A stretch of 64,000 nucleotides of DNA from Octopus sinensis. Its lineage: Eukaryota. The notes under the pieces are model-generated. The model was given only the letters and a program-made list of their open reading frames with translations. It did no database searches and was not told the origin of the DNA. The DNA is taken from the NCBI RefSeq assembly GCF_006345805.1, contig NC_043013.1, forward strand, positions 16,988,001-17,052,000, in the 5' to 3' direction. Of the stretch, positions 27,055 to 40,015 are shown in pieces (position 1 is the first letter of the stretch; the number at the start of each line of letters is the position of its first letter). The position numbers were made by a program, and so were the translations under genes.

Positions 27055-27383
27055 ACAGAAAAAACAAGGAGAGAAAAAATGTATGTAGTGGCTAACGATC
27101 TATCATGACGACTTACTCGGACAGAAGGGAAAGTAGGGGAGATAACAAAGTAAAGATGACCCCCAACACGAAGGTGCATGTGTGTATAAGAGAGTATGTA
27201 TGTGCGTGTGAAAGAGGGCTGATGGTCTGGACGTGTGCATATATGTATGTGTAGGTGTGAAAATGTGGGGATAGGTGTGTGGGTGGTGTGATGTGATGTG
27301 ATGTGTAATGTATGGTGTGGTGTGGTGTGGTGTGATGTTGTTGGAAGGTGGGGGAGGCGAGAGTGGGGTTGTGGGTTTGGCTG

Positions 27384-27449
<66 letters not shown>

Positions 27450-27586
27450 TAAACAGTAAAAATAATTACAGACATGGACAAGAACATGAAACACCACAGA
27501 GACGACACAAGAACCACAGGACGGGACATTCGAAGCCCTCAGTCATCAGTCAAGAACCAGATCATCTTAGCAATTTCGGCTGATTA

Positions 27587-27628
<42 letters not shown>

Positions 27629-28061
27629 ATATATCTGTGTATACGGAAATAGCAGCTCTAAATAAGAGAAGACCGTGATGACCATTCCAACTCATGCCAG
27701 CATGGTAAGCAGATGTGAAAATGATGATGATGAATACCACGAGTTAATAAATTAATAACTAATTGAATCTGAAATTCAGTAAAGTGCTTGCAAATAATTA
27801 TAGAAATATGTGTCGGGGAAGCGGATGTCATGCACTCTGGGATGAGTAACAGGTGTGTTTATGAGAGTGTGAAGATCAAGTGAAGATCATTAACAAAACA
27901 GATACAAAACAACAACAAAAAAACTAAGAAATAAAACAAAGCAAGTATTAAAAAAACCAGTGTAAATGTTCCTTCCCACCTCAAAGCTAAGACATAGAAG
28001 GAAGAATATTAAAATGTGGGAAATAAAATATATTTTATCTATCTCTCTATACACACAGAAA

Positions 28062-28098
<37 letters not shown>

Positions 28099-29238
28099 TG
28101 CTCTCTCACTCTCATTACAACTAGCTTTCTGTCTCTCTCTTTCTTTCACTATCTTTCTCTCTACTTGTTTCTATTTGCTCTTTCCCTCTTTCTGTTCCCC
28201 TTCTCTCACTCACCCTCTGTCTCTCTTAACTCTCTCCCTGTCTGTTTCAATGAAAAACAAGGAATATTATAAAGAAAGTGTGGGTGTTAAATAAAGAAGG
28301 AGAAGGAGGAGGAAGAGAAGCATGAGGAGATAGGAAAATAAGACAAAAAGAAAAAGAATGGGGAAGAGGGAGGGCAGAGGGGAGGACAGATGGTGTTGGT
28401 GGTGGTGGAAGTAATGGTGGGTTTTGGGTGGAGGTTAGTAGGAGCAGGAGGAACAGAAGAACAAGAGAAAGAAGAAAGAAGACCAGTTGACAGAAACACA
28501 GGAGGAGGCAGAAGAGGAAGGCAGAAAAGGAGGATAAGGGAGAAGAAAGATGATGAAGAAGAGAGGAGATGAAGTGGAGGCAACTAAACAAGCAAGAGTG
28601 AAGAGTACTTTAAAGAGAGAAATCAAAATCAAGAAACACAAGTTTCCTATCCATCCACCCCCACAAACATACCGCCACCTGCAGGGAGTTTAAAGTGCAA
28701 CAACAGAACTGGAAACTAAACTGTGATGACACTTGTATCATGTGGACCTGTCAATATGAAAAGAAATTAGAGAAACAATTGCCCCTCCCACTTGTGTATT
28801 TCTCAATCTGCCTGTTAGTCGATAGTTCTGTCTTTTTGCTGGTTGCTTCTTATGTGTCTCCCTCCCCTTACCGATCTGCGGTACCAAACACCATTTTCAA
28901 CACTACAGTATTATAGCACAATATGCATACTAGTCAGTACTAGTTACTAACATTACAGACACTAGAAAACATGAGTTATTACATTATAGACAATAGTCAG
29001 TACTAATTGGTACATTATAGTCCATAAACTAATGCTAATTAGTATTGCTAGCCAACAGTAGTTAGTATACTATACATACTGATACTTGTGAACTTAAAAC
29101 AAAACCATACTACTCATTTATATTATAGGTACGTGTTTGTTATACATACATAAATAGGCATCAATGTATGTGTATAATTTAGCAATTTTGTCATTTTAAT
29201 CTAAATGTTATAATTTTCTTGTAATTTTTTATTATATA

Positions 29239-29602
29239 CTAGCACTATGACCCGGTGTTGCTGGGTCATAGTGCTAGTGCATGCATATACAGCTGCGTGC
29301 GTGCTCACATACACGCGAGTACTGTCCAAATCTCCGACCAATCACATACACCTAGCAGGCATTCAATTGGCGTACCAAGTTTCAGGCATTTTGATTGGGT
29401 TTTGGATAGAAAATTCACAAAAAAGTCACTTCTATTGATTTTTTAATGGCTTTGTGGGGTGACTGGGGAAATGTAAAGATGTGCATGACCACCCTTGGAC
29501 GGTTTTGAATGACCATAGAAAGTGCAAGCCCTCTAACTGAAAAATTGTGGATTTGTATAAAGGACACGCACACAGACATTTTGCCGTTTATATATAGAGA
29601 GA
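29239..29602 (-). mobile_element. Non-autonomous Helitron, second family, with a long terminal stem
   Basis: A|TC start on the minus strand and CTAG|T end. actagcactatgaccc..gggtcatagtgctagt forms a palindrome. Confidence 0.78.
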
Positions 29603-29645
29603 TATATTTATTATTTCTTTCTTACTCTCTCTCCCTAACATTTTC

Positions 29646-29682
29646 TTTTTCTAACGATGGACTAACATCTGAAATGTTAAGA
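29646..29682 (+). ncRNA. Degenerate minimal hammerhead-like relic
   Basis: tttt-CTAACGA-T-GGA ctaaca TCT-GAAATGTT-AAGA; three substitutions away from canonical CTGACGA..TCC GAAACGTT. Confidence 0.4.
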
Positions 29683-29778
29683 CACTCCACTCTCATTATT
29701 TCAATGTCTCAACCTTTAAACTAATACCATATCTGTGTTGCTCCTTTTAATGTCTATTGACAAATATATATATATATA

Positions 29779-30377
29779 CTAGCAGTATCGCCCGGCGTTG
29801 CTCGGGTTTGTAAGGGAAATAACTATATAAGCATTTTTAGAGAGTTATAGCCAAAAAATAGCAAAAAATGCATTAAAAATGGAAAAAATATGATGGTAAA
29901 TTTTTTGAAAAATCGTTGACTCATCGTAGACATTTTTAGAGAGTTACTTCCCTTATATAATAGCGAAAAAATGCATTAAAATGGAAAAAAAACGATGGTA
30001 AATTTTTTTTAAATCGTAGACTCATGTAGACGCTTTCTTAGCCATTTCTGTTTTGGTGTCTTCAAGCCATGAAGTCGTTGTTCTAAAAGAACGCTGGTCT
30101 CCTTGACAACGCATTACGACGTTGATTTCCTTGCACTCCCTTCCCGCCATCGACACACGAAAAATTATGCATTAAAATGGAATAAAAAATGATGTTAAAT
30201 TATTTTTAAAATCGTAGACTCATCGTAGACGCGCGCTAATACTCAGACGGGCTCGATATGAATCACGACTATAAGCTACCCGAATTTGGTTAAACTGCAC
30301 CGCAAAATGTGGGAGTAGTTAGGAATCTAAATCGAAGGGGACAGACACTCACACAACTACAGTTTTATATATATAGA
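29779..30377 (-). mobile_element. Non-autonomous Helitron with internal sub-repeats
   Basis: Same 3' end as the 22937 element (ctagcagtatcgcccggcgttgctcggg) and a TC start on the minus strand. The motif aatcgtagactcatcgtagac is repeated internally. Confidence 0.82.
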
Positions 30378-30379
30378 TA

Positions 30380-30740
30380 TACATAGTGCAGTAGTGGTGA
30401 GATGTGACAGCAAAGAAAAGCATACATTCACTCTCTGCATGCAATTAGACTCGGAAAGTTCGTGAGGAACCCATTGACCCAATTTGCTGACTTTTCCGAT
30501 AGCACACAGGTCTCAATGAATGGTTGAATGACCAAATCCAAGCTTCCCTGCTAGTTCCTCAACAGTTACGATGAGATTTTGTTCCACCAGGGTTTTCAGG
30601 ATGTCCTTGTCGAGTTCTACAGATCTTTCAGGATGAGGCTCGTCTTCTAGGCTGTTCCAATATAGCTTTGAAAAAAATAGCTGTTAAAATCGAAATGCAC
30701 TCTTCAAAACTTGCACTATGAATAAGGACAAGATAAAATT
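30380..30740 (-). pseudogene. Mariner transposase N-terminal fragment (not in the ORF track)
   Basis: Minus translation SLEDEPHPERSVELDKDILKTLVEQN..TVEELAGKLGFGHSTIH*DLCAIGKVSKLGQWVPHELS includes the WVPHEL motif at 30456-30473. Confidence 0.88.
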
Positions 30741-30847
30741 ACTACCTGCTTTTATAGCAAGTTAATATAAGTAGTTTATCCCATTCCCCTCTGACTTTTA
30801 GTTCAAGCTGTTGAAAAAACCGCATTATTATATATATATATACATAA

Positions 30848-30879
<32 letters not shown>

Positions 30880-31182
30880 CACACACTCTCTCTCTCTCAC
30901 ACACATGCACACATTATATTCTGTTATTCTTTTATATGTTTCAGCCTTGAGGTTGTGGCCATGCTGGATCATGTGTGTGTGTGTGTGTGTCTATCTGTCT
31001 GTCTGTCTGTATGTATATATGTATATGTATGTGTGTGAACAATAATATTTTCAACAGATGTGTTGCAAATGTATCTGATTGTTCTCAAGCTTCAATACTG
31101 TGTGTGTGTGTGTATGTGTGTGTGTATGTATGTATGTATATGTATGTATGTATATGTATGTATGTATGTATGTGTGTGTGTA

Positions 31183-31215
<33 letters not shown>

Positions 31216-31439
31216 ATGTATGTATGTATGTATGTATGTATGTATGTATGTATGTATGTATGTATGTATGTATGTATGTATGTATGTATGAGTGTATGTA
31301 TGAGTGTATGTTTACTTTATTACTAACACAAGCCAGTACGGTTATTTAATGTAAAGTCTTCCTCAAATCACTATCTCTGGCTATTTACTCTCTTCCAAGA
31401 ACATTTTCACTCACACTTATGTGTTAGCTTCCCATACAT

Positions 31440-31757
31440 TTTACTCATGTATCTATCAGCGTGATAGAGAGAACAAATATTACATCTAGTTTCACTTTAT
31501 TCGTTGCCCACTGTGTGTGTGCGTTTGCGTGTGGTGTAAACCAGACTAAGAAAAGCATTTGACACACACACCAGAATGTGAGTTTTCTGTAAATTTTGCT
31601 TAATTGGAGTTTAAATTTTAAAAACTGGACCTGGCATGACGCGATGCATTGTACTCTTAAAAACGGTAGGTAAATTGTAATTGAAGAAATCCTATATTGT
31701 AGATTTGTATAACTCCCAAAGGGAGGCAGATAAAATCTGCCTTTTATAATAAGAGAT
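31440..31757 (-). mobile_element. Helitron-like 5' end fragment
   Basis: Minus strand begins A|TCTCTTATTATAAAAGGCAGATTTTATCTGCC. The inner boundary is uncertain. Confidence 0.45.
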
Positions 31758-31761
31758 ACTC

Positions 31762-32006
31762 AAAATAAGCAACAAGTATATCCGAGGTAATGTGGTACGA
31801 TCGTTTCATGCTACTTCATTTTATTAAGCACTGTAAGTATTACAGTGCTTAATAAAATGAAGTAGCATGAAACAATCGTACCTCGGATATACTTGTTGCT
31901 TATTTTAATTATAATCACCCCATGGATTTATATGGATAATACCATACAAAATTCTGGTGCATTTGACTTAAGTACCATATTCATCTGAATCTAAATTTTG
32001 CTGAAC

Positions 32007-32010
<4 letters not shown>
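31762..32010. mobile_element. Asymmetric hairpin element (IR 31762-31906 plus right extension to (TA)n) with a hammerhead-like motif in each arm
   Basis: The arms are reverse complements. The left arm on minus reads GTGC-TTAATAA-A-ATG aagtag CAT-GAA-ACGATCGT-A-CCAC. Confidence 0.75.
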
Positions 32011-32037
<27 letters not shown>

Positions 32038-32040
<3 letters not shown>

Positions 32041-32782
32041 TACCAGACCTCTTATCTGACTTCCAGAAATCCAAGAATACTGTGCAGTACTGTGCAAGAT
32101 ACTATGTCTAATATTGAGTAAAAAGATCTTGATTTTGAAGTTGGCTAACTTCCAAACGGTATGTTAAAAAATAGCTTTGTTCTTCACTTTTTAAGTGGAT
32201 TAATAGGGATTAAACATACTATGCTTTAGAATTGTATTAATTTGTACATGTATTTGTTAAATAAAGCCATATTCTTTACTTTGCTTCAAATAATTTTCAT
32301 CCCAGGGTGGGCCAAAATGACATGCAGAAAATCATGCCAACATGGAAGGCAGGCATTAAACAATGATGATAATGAAAATAGGTTCAACATGATCGTGAAT
32401 TGTCAAAGACATACTTCATTCTTCCAAAAATTTGAATAAAAAAGACAGAATAATGCTGAATACACAAATACTTGTACATGATGAACAAAATGAATAAAAA
32501 TAATGTAATATAAATAAAATGCCAAATGTATTGGTGCGTGATGTTTGCCCCCCCCCCCCTCTGTATTGTACAGTACGATACATTTTAAGAATTTTAAGTA
32601 GATTAAAAAGCATCAAACAGAACCTGCTTTAGAAGTCTATTAATTTAAATATAATTTAGCTATTTCCTTTCATAGTTTATTTTATATTTTAAGTATATTA
32701 GACTGTCTCCAGGACCCCAAAAATTCAGAAATCTGGGACACTTGTAGTCCCAAGCTTGCCAGATAATTGGTCTGACACGGTA
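32038..32782. mobile_element. Possible pogo/Tigger-like MITE
   Basis: Imperfect terminal inverted repeats tagtaccagacctcttatctg / cagataattggtctgacacggta. Confidence 0.35.
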
Positions 32783-32950
32783 CATCCAAGTTTTATTCTT
32801 AATACAATAATAACCTCATTTAATACAAATAAATTAATCTCCATTTTCAATACTGGCCTACCCTATTGCTTGCTGCATGCTAGAACATTCATCTTCTCTC
32901 TTTACATACAATGCTCCTCATCCTAAGGTCTTAACAAATAACTACACACA

Positions 32951-32998
<48 letters not shown>

Positions 32999-33642
32999 CA
33001 TAATTTTCCAAGTGTAAATTGTATTGCTTTTCTGATCTTTGATGAGATGAACATGGACAAACACCAACCACTTCACAGAGTGGGTGCTTTTAAGGACCCA
33101 TGCTGGTGCCACATAAAAAGCACCCAGTGCTCTCTGTGAAGTGGTTGGCATTAGGAAGGGCATGCAGCTGTAAAACCCATGCCAAAATGAGAAAATCGGA
33201 ACCTTGGCAGTTCTCCAGCTGGTCAGCACATACTAGCATTGAAAACAGATGTTAAATGATGATGATGATGATTTGTAGTCATGATGTATCTGAACCATGT
33301 TTCTTGAAACAACTGTAGTGAAAGAACAAATATAATAAACTTCCATTCTTGGATGTACTGTGCATGAGTGTGCACATATACACACACACTCAGAGGCACT
33401 GTTTCAGAAAAGCTACTGAATTAGCAGAAACAGATTTTCTTTCCTAAAACATTAAATCTATAAAATACAGCTTAATTCACTTTGCAGTTACCTTTAACTC
33501 GTATCGAAACCTCTTTGGAATTCTGGTCGCCTTGATCTTTGATCCAAGAACCTTCATACACATATGCATACACACACAAACAGACATGTATACAGGTTTG
33601 CTGTGAATAATAATATCTAGCAGTGTTTCTTATACCTATGTC

Positions 33643-33660
33643 TGTGTGTGTGTGTGTGTG

Positions 33661-33696
<36 letters not shown>

Positions 33697-36120
33697 ATGT
33701 ATGTGTATGTACATTTGTGTGTGTATCTATGTATATGCATGTGTATTCACATGGACATGTATACGTCTGTGTACATGTATGCGCATCAACTCTCATATTT
33801 CGTTGATTTATTCTATTTCTAAACTAATTGATTGTAAAATGATCACATTTCGGTTTCCGATTCCAATAGAGGAGGTGGGGGAGGAAAAGAGAACGAGAGC
33901 GAATTTAGTAGAACTTCCCTTTCTTCCCTCTCCTCTTTGGTTTACTTGAAAGGAGACATGGCAAGAAGCTAGTGTCAAGAAGATGACAGTACAGGTGTGT
34001 GGCAGGGATGGGTTGGGGGGGGGGGGGGAGAATGATAGTGGTTTAAAACTAAGTTATGGAATGGTAGGCGAGTGGATGAGAGCAGAGAGTGATGATATAG
34101 CAGGAAAATGTATGAGAGTGAAAGTAGGAAGAGAAAAAAAGAGACAGACAGACAGACAGGTGAAAAAAAAAAAGAGAGGACAAAGTAGAGAAAGAAAACA
34201 GGACGAAATAAAGAAGAATAACTGGTTTTGAGGTACAGCTGTGGTAGTGTGAGAAGAGTTGGAAAAAGGAAGGGGGGGAATGAACAACAATTTTAGATAC
34301 TAGGATAGAAAGAAAGAAAAATGGAGAGCTGGTATGAGGGAGAGGGAGGGAGAGAGGAGAGCTGGTCTGAAGGAGAGGGTGAGAAGATAGTTGGTGGGAG
34401 GGAGAGGGAAGGTAGAATGGTAAGCGAGAAAGAAAGAAAAAGAAAAGGGGAAGAGGGGGAGAGAGGGAGGGGAAAGGGAGAGCAAGAAGGGGAGAGCTCC
34501 TGAGGGAGACAGGGAAGGGGAGAGCTCCAAGGGGGGAGAGTGATAGGTGGTGGAGGCAACAGAGAGAAAGGTGAGATAGCAGAAGGTAAGTGCTAAGCAG
34601 AAAAACATTAACTGAAAGTAATTAATTCTTAGTCCCTTGTGATTATTTCTAACAGATTAAGCGACCCTGTTGAGGCTCCCTCATATGTAAAGAGAAAGGA
34701 CTAGCTCCAGCTTAAACCCAGTCTATTAACAATCTATTACCAAAACAGAAAAGCCTATCGATCTATCATCAAAAACACCCTAGCATAACCCAGGTTGTCT
34801 TAATGCCTATAGACCCTGAGAAGGGCAATGCACTAGGGGCCCCTACATACACAACAGTGCATGCACACGTGTGTGTGTGTGTGTGGTGTGTGTGTGTGTG
34901 TGTGTGTGGTGTATGTATGTATGTATGTATGTATGTGTATGTACATTTGTGTGTGTATCTATGTATATGCATGTGTATTCACATGGACATGTATACGTCT
35001 GTGTACATGTATGCGCATCAACTCTCATATTTCGTTGATTTATTCTATTTCTAAACTAATTGATTGTAAAATGATCACATTTCGGTTTCCGATTCCAATA
35101 GAGGAGGTGGGGGAGGAAACGAGAGCGAATTTAGTAGAACTTCCCTTTCTTCCCTCTCCTCTTTGGTTTACTTGAAAGGAGACATGGCAAGAAGCTAGTG
35201 TCAAGAAGATGACAGTACAGGTGTGTGGCAGGGATGGGTTGGGGGGGGGAGAATGATAGTGGTTTAAAACTAAGTTATGGAATGGTAGGCGAGTGGATGA
35301 GAGCAGAGAGTGATGATATAGCAGGAAAATGTATGAGAGTGAAAGTAGGAAGAGAAAAAAAGAGACAGACAGACAGACAGGTGAAAAAAAAAAAGAGAGG
35401 ACAAAGTAGAGAAAGAAAAACAGGACGAAATAAAGAAAGAATAACTGGTTTTGAGGTACAGCTTGTGGTAGTGTGAGAAGAGTTGGAAAAAGGAAGGGGG
35501 GGAAATGAACAACAATTTTAGATACTAGGATAGAAAGAAAGAAAAATGGAGAGCTGGTATGAGGGAGAGGGAGGGAGAGAGGAGAGCTGGTCTGAAGGAG
35601 AGGGTGAGAAGATAGTTGGTGGGAGGGAGAGGGAAGGTAGAATGGTAAGCGAGAAAGAAAGAAAAAGAAAAGGGGAAGAGGGGGAGAGAGGGAGGGGAAA
35701 GGAGAGCAAGAAGGGGAGAGCTCCTGAGGGAGACAGGGAAGGGGAGAGCTCCAAGGGGGGAGAGTGATAGGTGGTGGAGGCAACAGAGAGAAAGGTGAGA
35801 TAGCAGAAGGTAAGTGCTAAGCAGAAAAACATTAACTGAAAGTAATTAATTCTTAGTCCCTTGTGATTATTTCTAACAGATTAAGCGACCCTGTTGAGGC
35901 TCCCTCATATGTAAAGAGAAAGGACTAGCTCCAGCTTAAACCCAGTCTATTAACAATCTATTACCAAAACAGAAAAGCCCTATCGATCTATCATCAAAAA
36001 CACCCTAGCATAACCCAGGTTGTCTTAATGCCTATAGACCCTGAGAAGGGCAATGCACTAGGGGCCCCTACATACACAACAGTGCATGCACACGTGTGTG
36101 TGTGTGTGGTGTGTGTGTGT
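33643..36120. repeat. ~1.23-kb tandem duplication (2 copies) bounded by (GT)n arrays
   Basis: acatttgtgt occurs at 33711 and 34943; atgcacacgt at 34861 and 36086. The copies are near identical. Confidence 0.96.
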
Positions 36121-36184
36121 GATGTGTAGATAGGAATAGATAGATAGACAGACAGACATACAGAGACACAGACAGACAGACAGA

Positions 36185-36535
36185 AGTCATTGCCACTACT
36201 GCCTGACTGGCCCCCATGTCGTGAACGTAAAAGGGCACCATTCAAGCATGTTCGTTACCAATGTCGCCTTACTGGTACCTGTGCCGGTGGCATGTGTAAA
36301 AAGATTCGAGCGAGGTCATTGCCAGTACCACCTGACTGGCCCCCGTGCAGGTGGCACATAAAAAGCACCCACTACACTCTCGGAGTGGTTGGCATTAGGA
36401 AGGGCATCCAGCTGTAGAAACTCTGCCAGATCAAGATTGGAGCCTGGTGCAGCCATCTGGTTCGCGAGCCCTCAGTCAAAATCGTCCAACCCATGCTAGC
36501 ATGGAAAGTGGACGTTAAACGATGATGATGATGAT
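36185..36535 (+). mobile_element. RTE 3'UTR copy with (ATG)n tail
   Basis: ggaagggcatccagctgtagaaac...ggacgttaaacgatgatgat. Confidence 0.88.
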
Positions 36536-36836
36536 TATACAAGGGATGGTAGGCATTTCACAAAAGATTTGGCTATTATTTCTAACAGATTCAGTAAGTA
36601 TGTATAGCAGATGATTCCCACCCTTTCTCCAGACCCCAAGCTTTTAAAAGGTTGCACACTTTACAATTCTCAACTTTAGCTCACAGATTCTCTATAATTT
36701 CTTAATGGCCCCTGCTGACAGAAAAAGTGCTGCTGATGTTTATTATTTTTATTTGGTCCTTATTTTTACCTATGAACACCTTTGATTACTGCTTTATTCT
36801 GGTGGACCCCCATTGCCATTTCAAGTTTAAACAGTA

Positions 36837-37402
36837 TTGGGTTGTCTGGAAAGTTCATGCCGATTTATAGTAGCTTATCTTTTGACTTATTTTAGAACAT
36901 GTTTGAGTCCATAAAATAGGATTTGACTACACCTTCATTTAGAGCACAGTTTAAGCTATCTTTTCGTGGAAGAAGGCTTACGTTCCTATAACCTGTGTTA
37001 ATTCTGTAACCCTTTAAAATAAAAGATGAGAAAGTTCATTCTCGGCACTTGATGATTTGGGAACCAGACAAAAATTGCTGCAGCTCGGCTGGGATGTGTT
37101 ACCCCACCCTCCATATTCACCAGATATTGCTCCTTCGGATTTCCACTTATTCAGGTCTCTGCAGAATAGTGTTAATGGTAAAAGTTTCAATTCCTTGGAT
37201 GACGTAAAAAGATACCTTGATGAATTCTTTGCCATGAAACCCCCTCAATTCTGGGAAGAGGGTATTTTCAAGTTAAAGGAAAAATGGAGACGCATTGTGC
37301 AACAAAATGGTTCATATCTGGTTGATTAAAAATGTAATGGCAAGTATTTATTGACATTTTTCTTTCCTTTAAAAATCAGCATGAACTTTGCGGACAACCC
37401 AA
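36837..37402 (+). mobile_element. Internally deleted mariner element with TIRs and TA target duplication
   Basis: ta|ttgggttgtctggaaagttcatgccgattt ... aaatcagcatgaactttgcggacaacccaa|ta. Region 37057-37329 encodes LGWDVLPHPPYSPDIAPSDFHLF. Confidence 0.93.
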
Positions 37403-38065
37403 TAGTTTTATTGGTATCACTTGCAAAATTCCTATTTTGTTTTTCACACATTCACTCGTTTAGTTTTGCACCAGCACTCTGAGAGAACACGTTTCAGCAG
37501 TTGGAAACTTGTTAAACTACGCAAAACATTAGAAACCTTGCTGTTTCTTGAAATAAATAAATCTAAATCAAAATTTTATCATGGATCCTTAAAATACTAT
37601 AGCGGAACCCCAATTTTACCATTTTGCTTGGGTAGGTCCCACAAAATCTTATACGAACCCCTGTTTTAAATAAATGAAAGACAAACCCTGCCATCATAGA
37701 TTCTCCACAAGATCTCATAATTACTGTGCCACCGCTCACATGTGTATGACCGATGGGAATGTGGAATTTAGTGTTTAGTTCAGGAATCCAACAAAATACC
37801 TATACTGAATATAAACTCACAGACCATGAATCAGCAATCAAACACTTCAACAAGGCCATCATGTCCATGTATGCATGTAAATATATTTATATATGTATAT
37901 AAATACATGTGTGTGCATGTATGTGTCTGTGTGCATCAGTGAGCAACTGAGTAAATGTAAGAGAGTATAAATCTGTGTATGTGCATGTACATATATCATC
38001 ATTAATTCTCCAGTACATATATATATTTGTATACACACACATACGGAAGGGTGTGTATGTATGTA

Positions 38066-38123
<58 letters not shown>

Positions 38124-38452
38124 GAAGGGTGTGCATGTATGTATGTATGTGTGCACATATATATACACACACACAGAGTGGGTCAGGCACACACACAGAG
38201 TGGGTCAGGCACACACACAGATCTTCATAACCAGAATCATTACAATCCCTCAATTTCTATATATATATATAAACTGATCACTTGTAAGTCATGCCAACCA
38301 ACCAAAATTTAAAAGTCTTCATCATCACCATTTTAATGTCTACATTTCTATGTCTTCATGGGTAAGATGAGATTTCCTCAAAGCAAACTTTTTGGTGGCT
38401 AGATGTTCTTGCCATTAACCTTTTCCTGTCTCTAAGCAATAGGTTCTTATTT

Positions 38453-39250
38453 CAGTTCTATATTTAAGAGATGAGAAATTATGTTCATTATTTACAGTTG
38501 ACGGATATTTGTTTGTTATTAACACAACGTTTCAGCTGATATACCCTCCAGCCTTCATCAGGTGTCATGGGAAAATTTTCAACCTGGGTTCTCATTCCTA
38601 AGGTATTTTTCGATGTTGTTGTTGTTATTATTATTATTATTCAGGTCACTGCCTGGATTCGAACTTGGAATCTTGGGGTTAGTAGCTCGCGCTCTTAACC
38701 ACTACGCCATATGCCCATGGGCATATGGCATAGTGGTTTATGTTGTTGTTAATATTTTTATTAGGGCAGCAAACTGGAAGAATTGTTAGCATGCTGGGCA
38801 TGATGCTTAGCAGCATTTCATCAGTCTTTCCGTTCTGAGTTCAAATTCTGCAAGGGTTGACTTTGCCTTTCATCCTATTTTTCAATGTTATTATCCTATT
38901 TTTCGATGTTATTATTATCGTTATTATTCAGGTCACTCCCTGGAATCGAACTCAGAATCTTGGGGTTAGTAGCCTGTGCTCTTAACCACTACACTATGGG
39001 CATATGGCGTAGTAGTTAAGAGCGCGAGCTACTAACCCCAAGATTCCAAGTTCGATTCCATATAATAATAATAACAATAATAATAATAATAACAAGAACA
39101 ACATTGAAAAATACCTTAGGAATGAGAACCCAGGTCCGAAATTTCCCCAAGACACCTAATGAAGGCTGGAGGGTATATCAGCCAAAACATTGTGTTAACA
39201 ACAAACAAGATGAGGACAAATATCTGTCAAATGTAAATAATGTAAATAAG
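38453..39250. mobile_element. Composite inverted insertion of the tRNA-headed hammerhead SINE with captured flank
   Basis: Order: minus copy 38453-38718, short inversion, captured SINE-A segment 38740-38876, second minus head 38880-38995, plus copy 38996-39250. Confidence 0.85.
38521..38566 (-). ncRNA. Minimal type-I hammerhead ribozyme (best-preserved copy)
   Basis: Minus strand reads GACAC-CTGATGA-A-GGCTG gagggtatat CAGCT-GAAACGTT-GTGTT. Stem I, core, stem II, loopless palindromic stem III (ACGT) and GUU site are all present. Confidence 0.8.
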
Positions 39251-39569
39251 GTTAATATTTCTCTAGTTTATTGAGCAACAAAAAGCATAGGCATGCTTGT
39301 GCAGAGAACTGCAAATAAATGATGTCATTTGTATAAACGGTGATGCTTCATTTACGAACAGTATGCATGTGTCAAGACAAAGGAAACACATTCACATGTG
39401 CACACATAATGAACTACTCCCAGTTTTCTCCCTATCAGGTATTACTCAAGGCATATTGTTCAACCTGTTACCTGTCACACAGGATGCAAGCCAATAGCAT
39501 GCTCAGTGTGAAAAGAAACCTTGGACTATATGAGCCAATGCCAAACTTTTTCAGCACACACGCACATAC

Positions 39570-39728
39570 ACAGGAGTGGCTGTGTGGTAAGGAGCTTGCT
39601 TACCAACCTCATGGTTCTGGGTTCAGTCCCACTGCGTGGCACCTTGGCCAAGTGTCTTCTACTATAGTCTCGGGCCGACCAAAGCCTTGTGAGTGGATTT
39701 GGTAGACAGAAACTGAAAGAAGGCCGTC

Positions 39729-39780
<52 letters not shown>

Positions 39781-40015
39781 TATATATGTATGTATGTGTG
39801 TGTATATGTTTGTGTATCTGCGTTTGTACCCCCAACATCGCTTGACACACCGATGCTGGTGTGTTTACGTACCCGTAACTTAGTGGTTCGGCAAAAGAGA
39901 CCGATAGAATAAGTACTAAGCTTACAAAGAATAAGTCCTGGGGTTGATTTGCTCGATTAGAGGCGATACTCCAGCATGGCCACAGTCAAACGACTGAAAC
40001 AAGTAACAGAGTAAC
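39570..40015 (+). mobile_element. tRNA-derived SINE family B (CORE-like) with internal microsatellite
   Basis: ggagtggctgtgtggtaag (A-box), gggttcagtccc (B-box), caccttgg.caagtgtc, tail gactgaaacaagtaa. Confidence 0.88.

Noticed and set aside
35040-35832. Pro/Leu/Ser/Phe-rich ORFs (also 34293-34608 and 41335-42050)
   Set aside because: They are reverse translations of polypurine low-complexity tracts.
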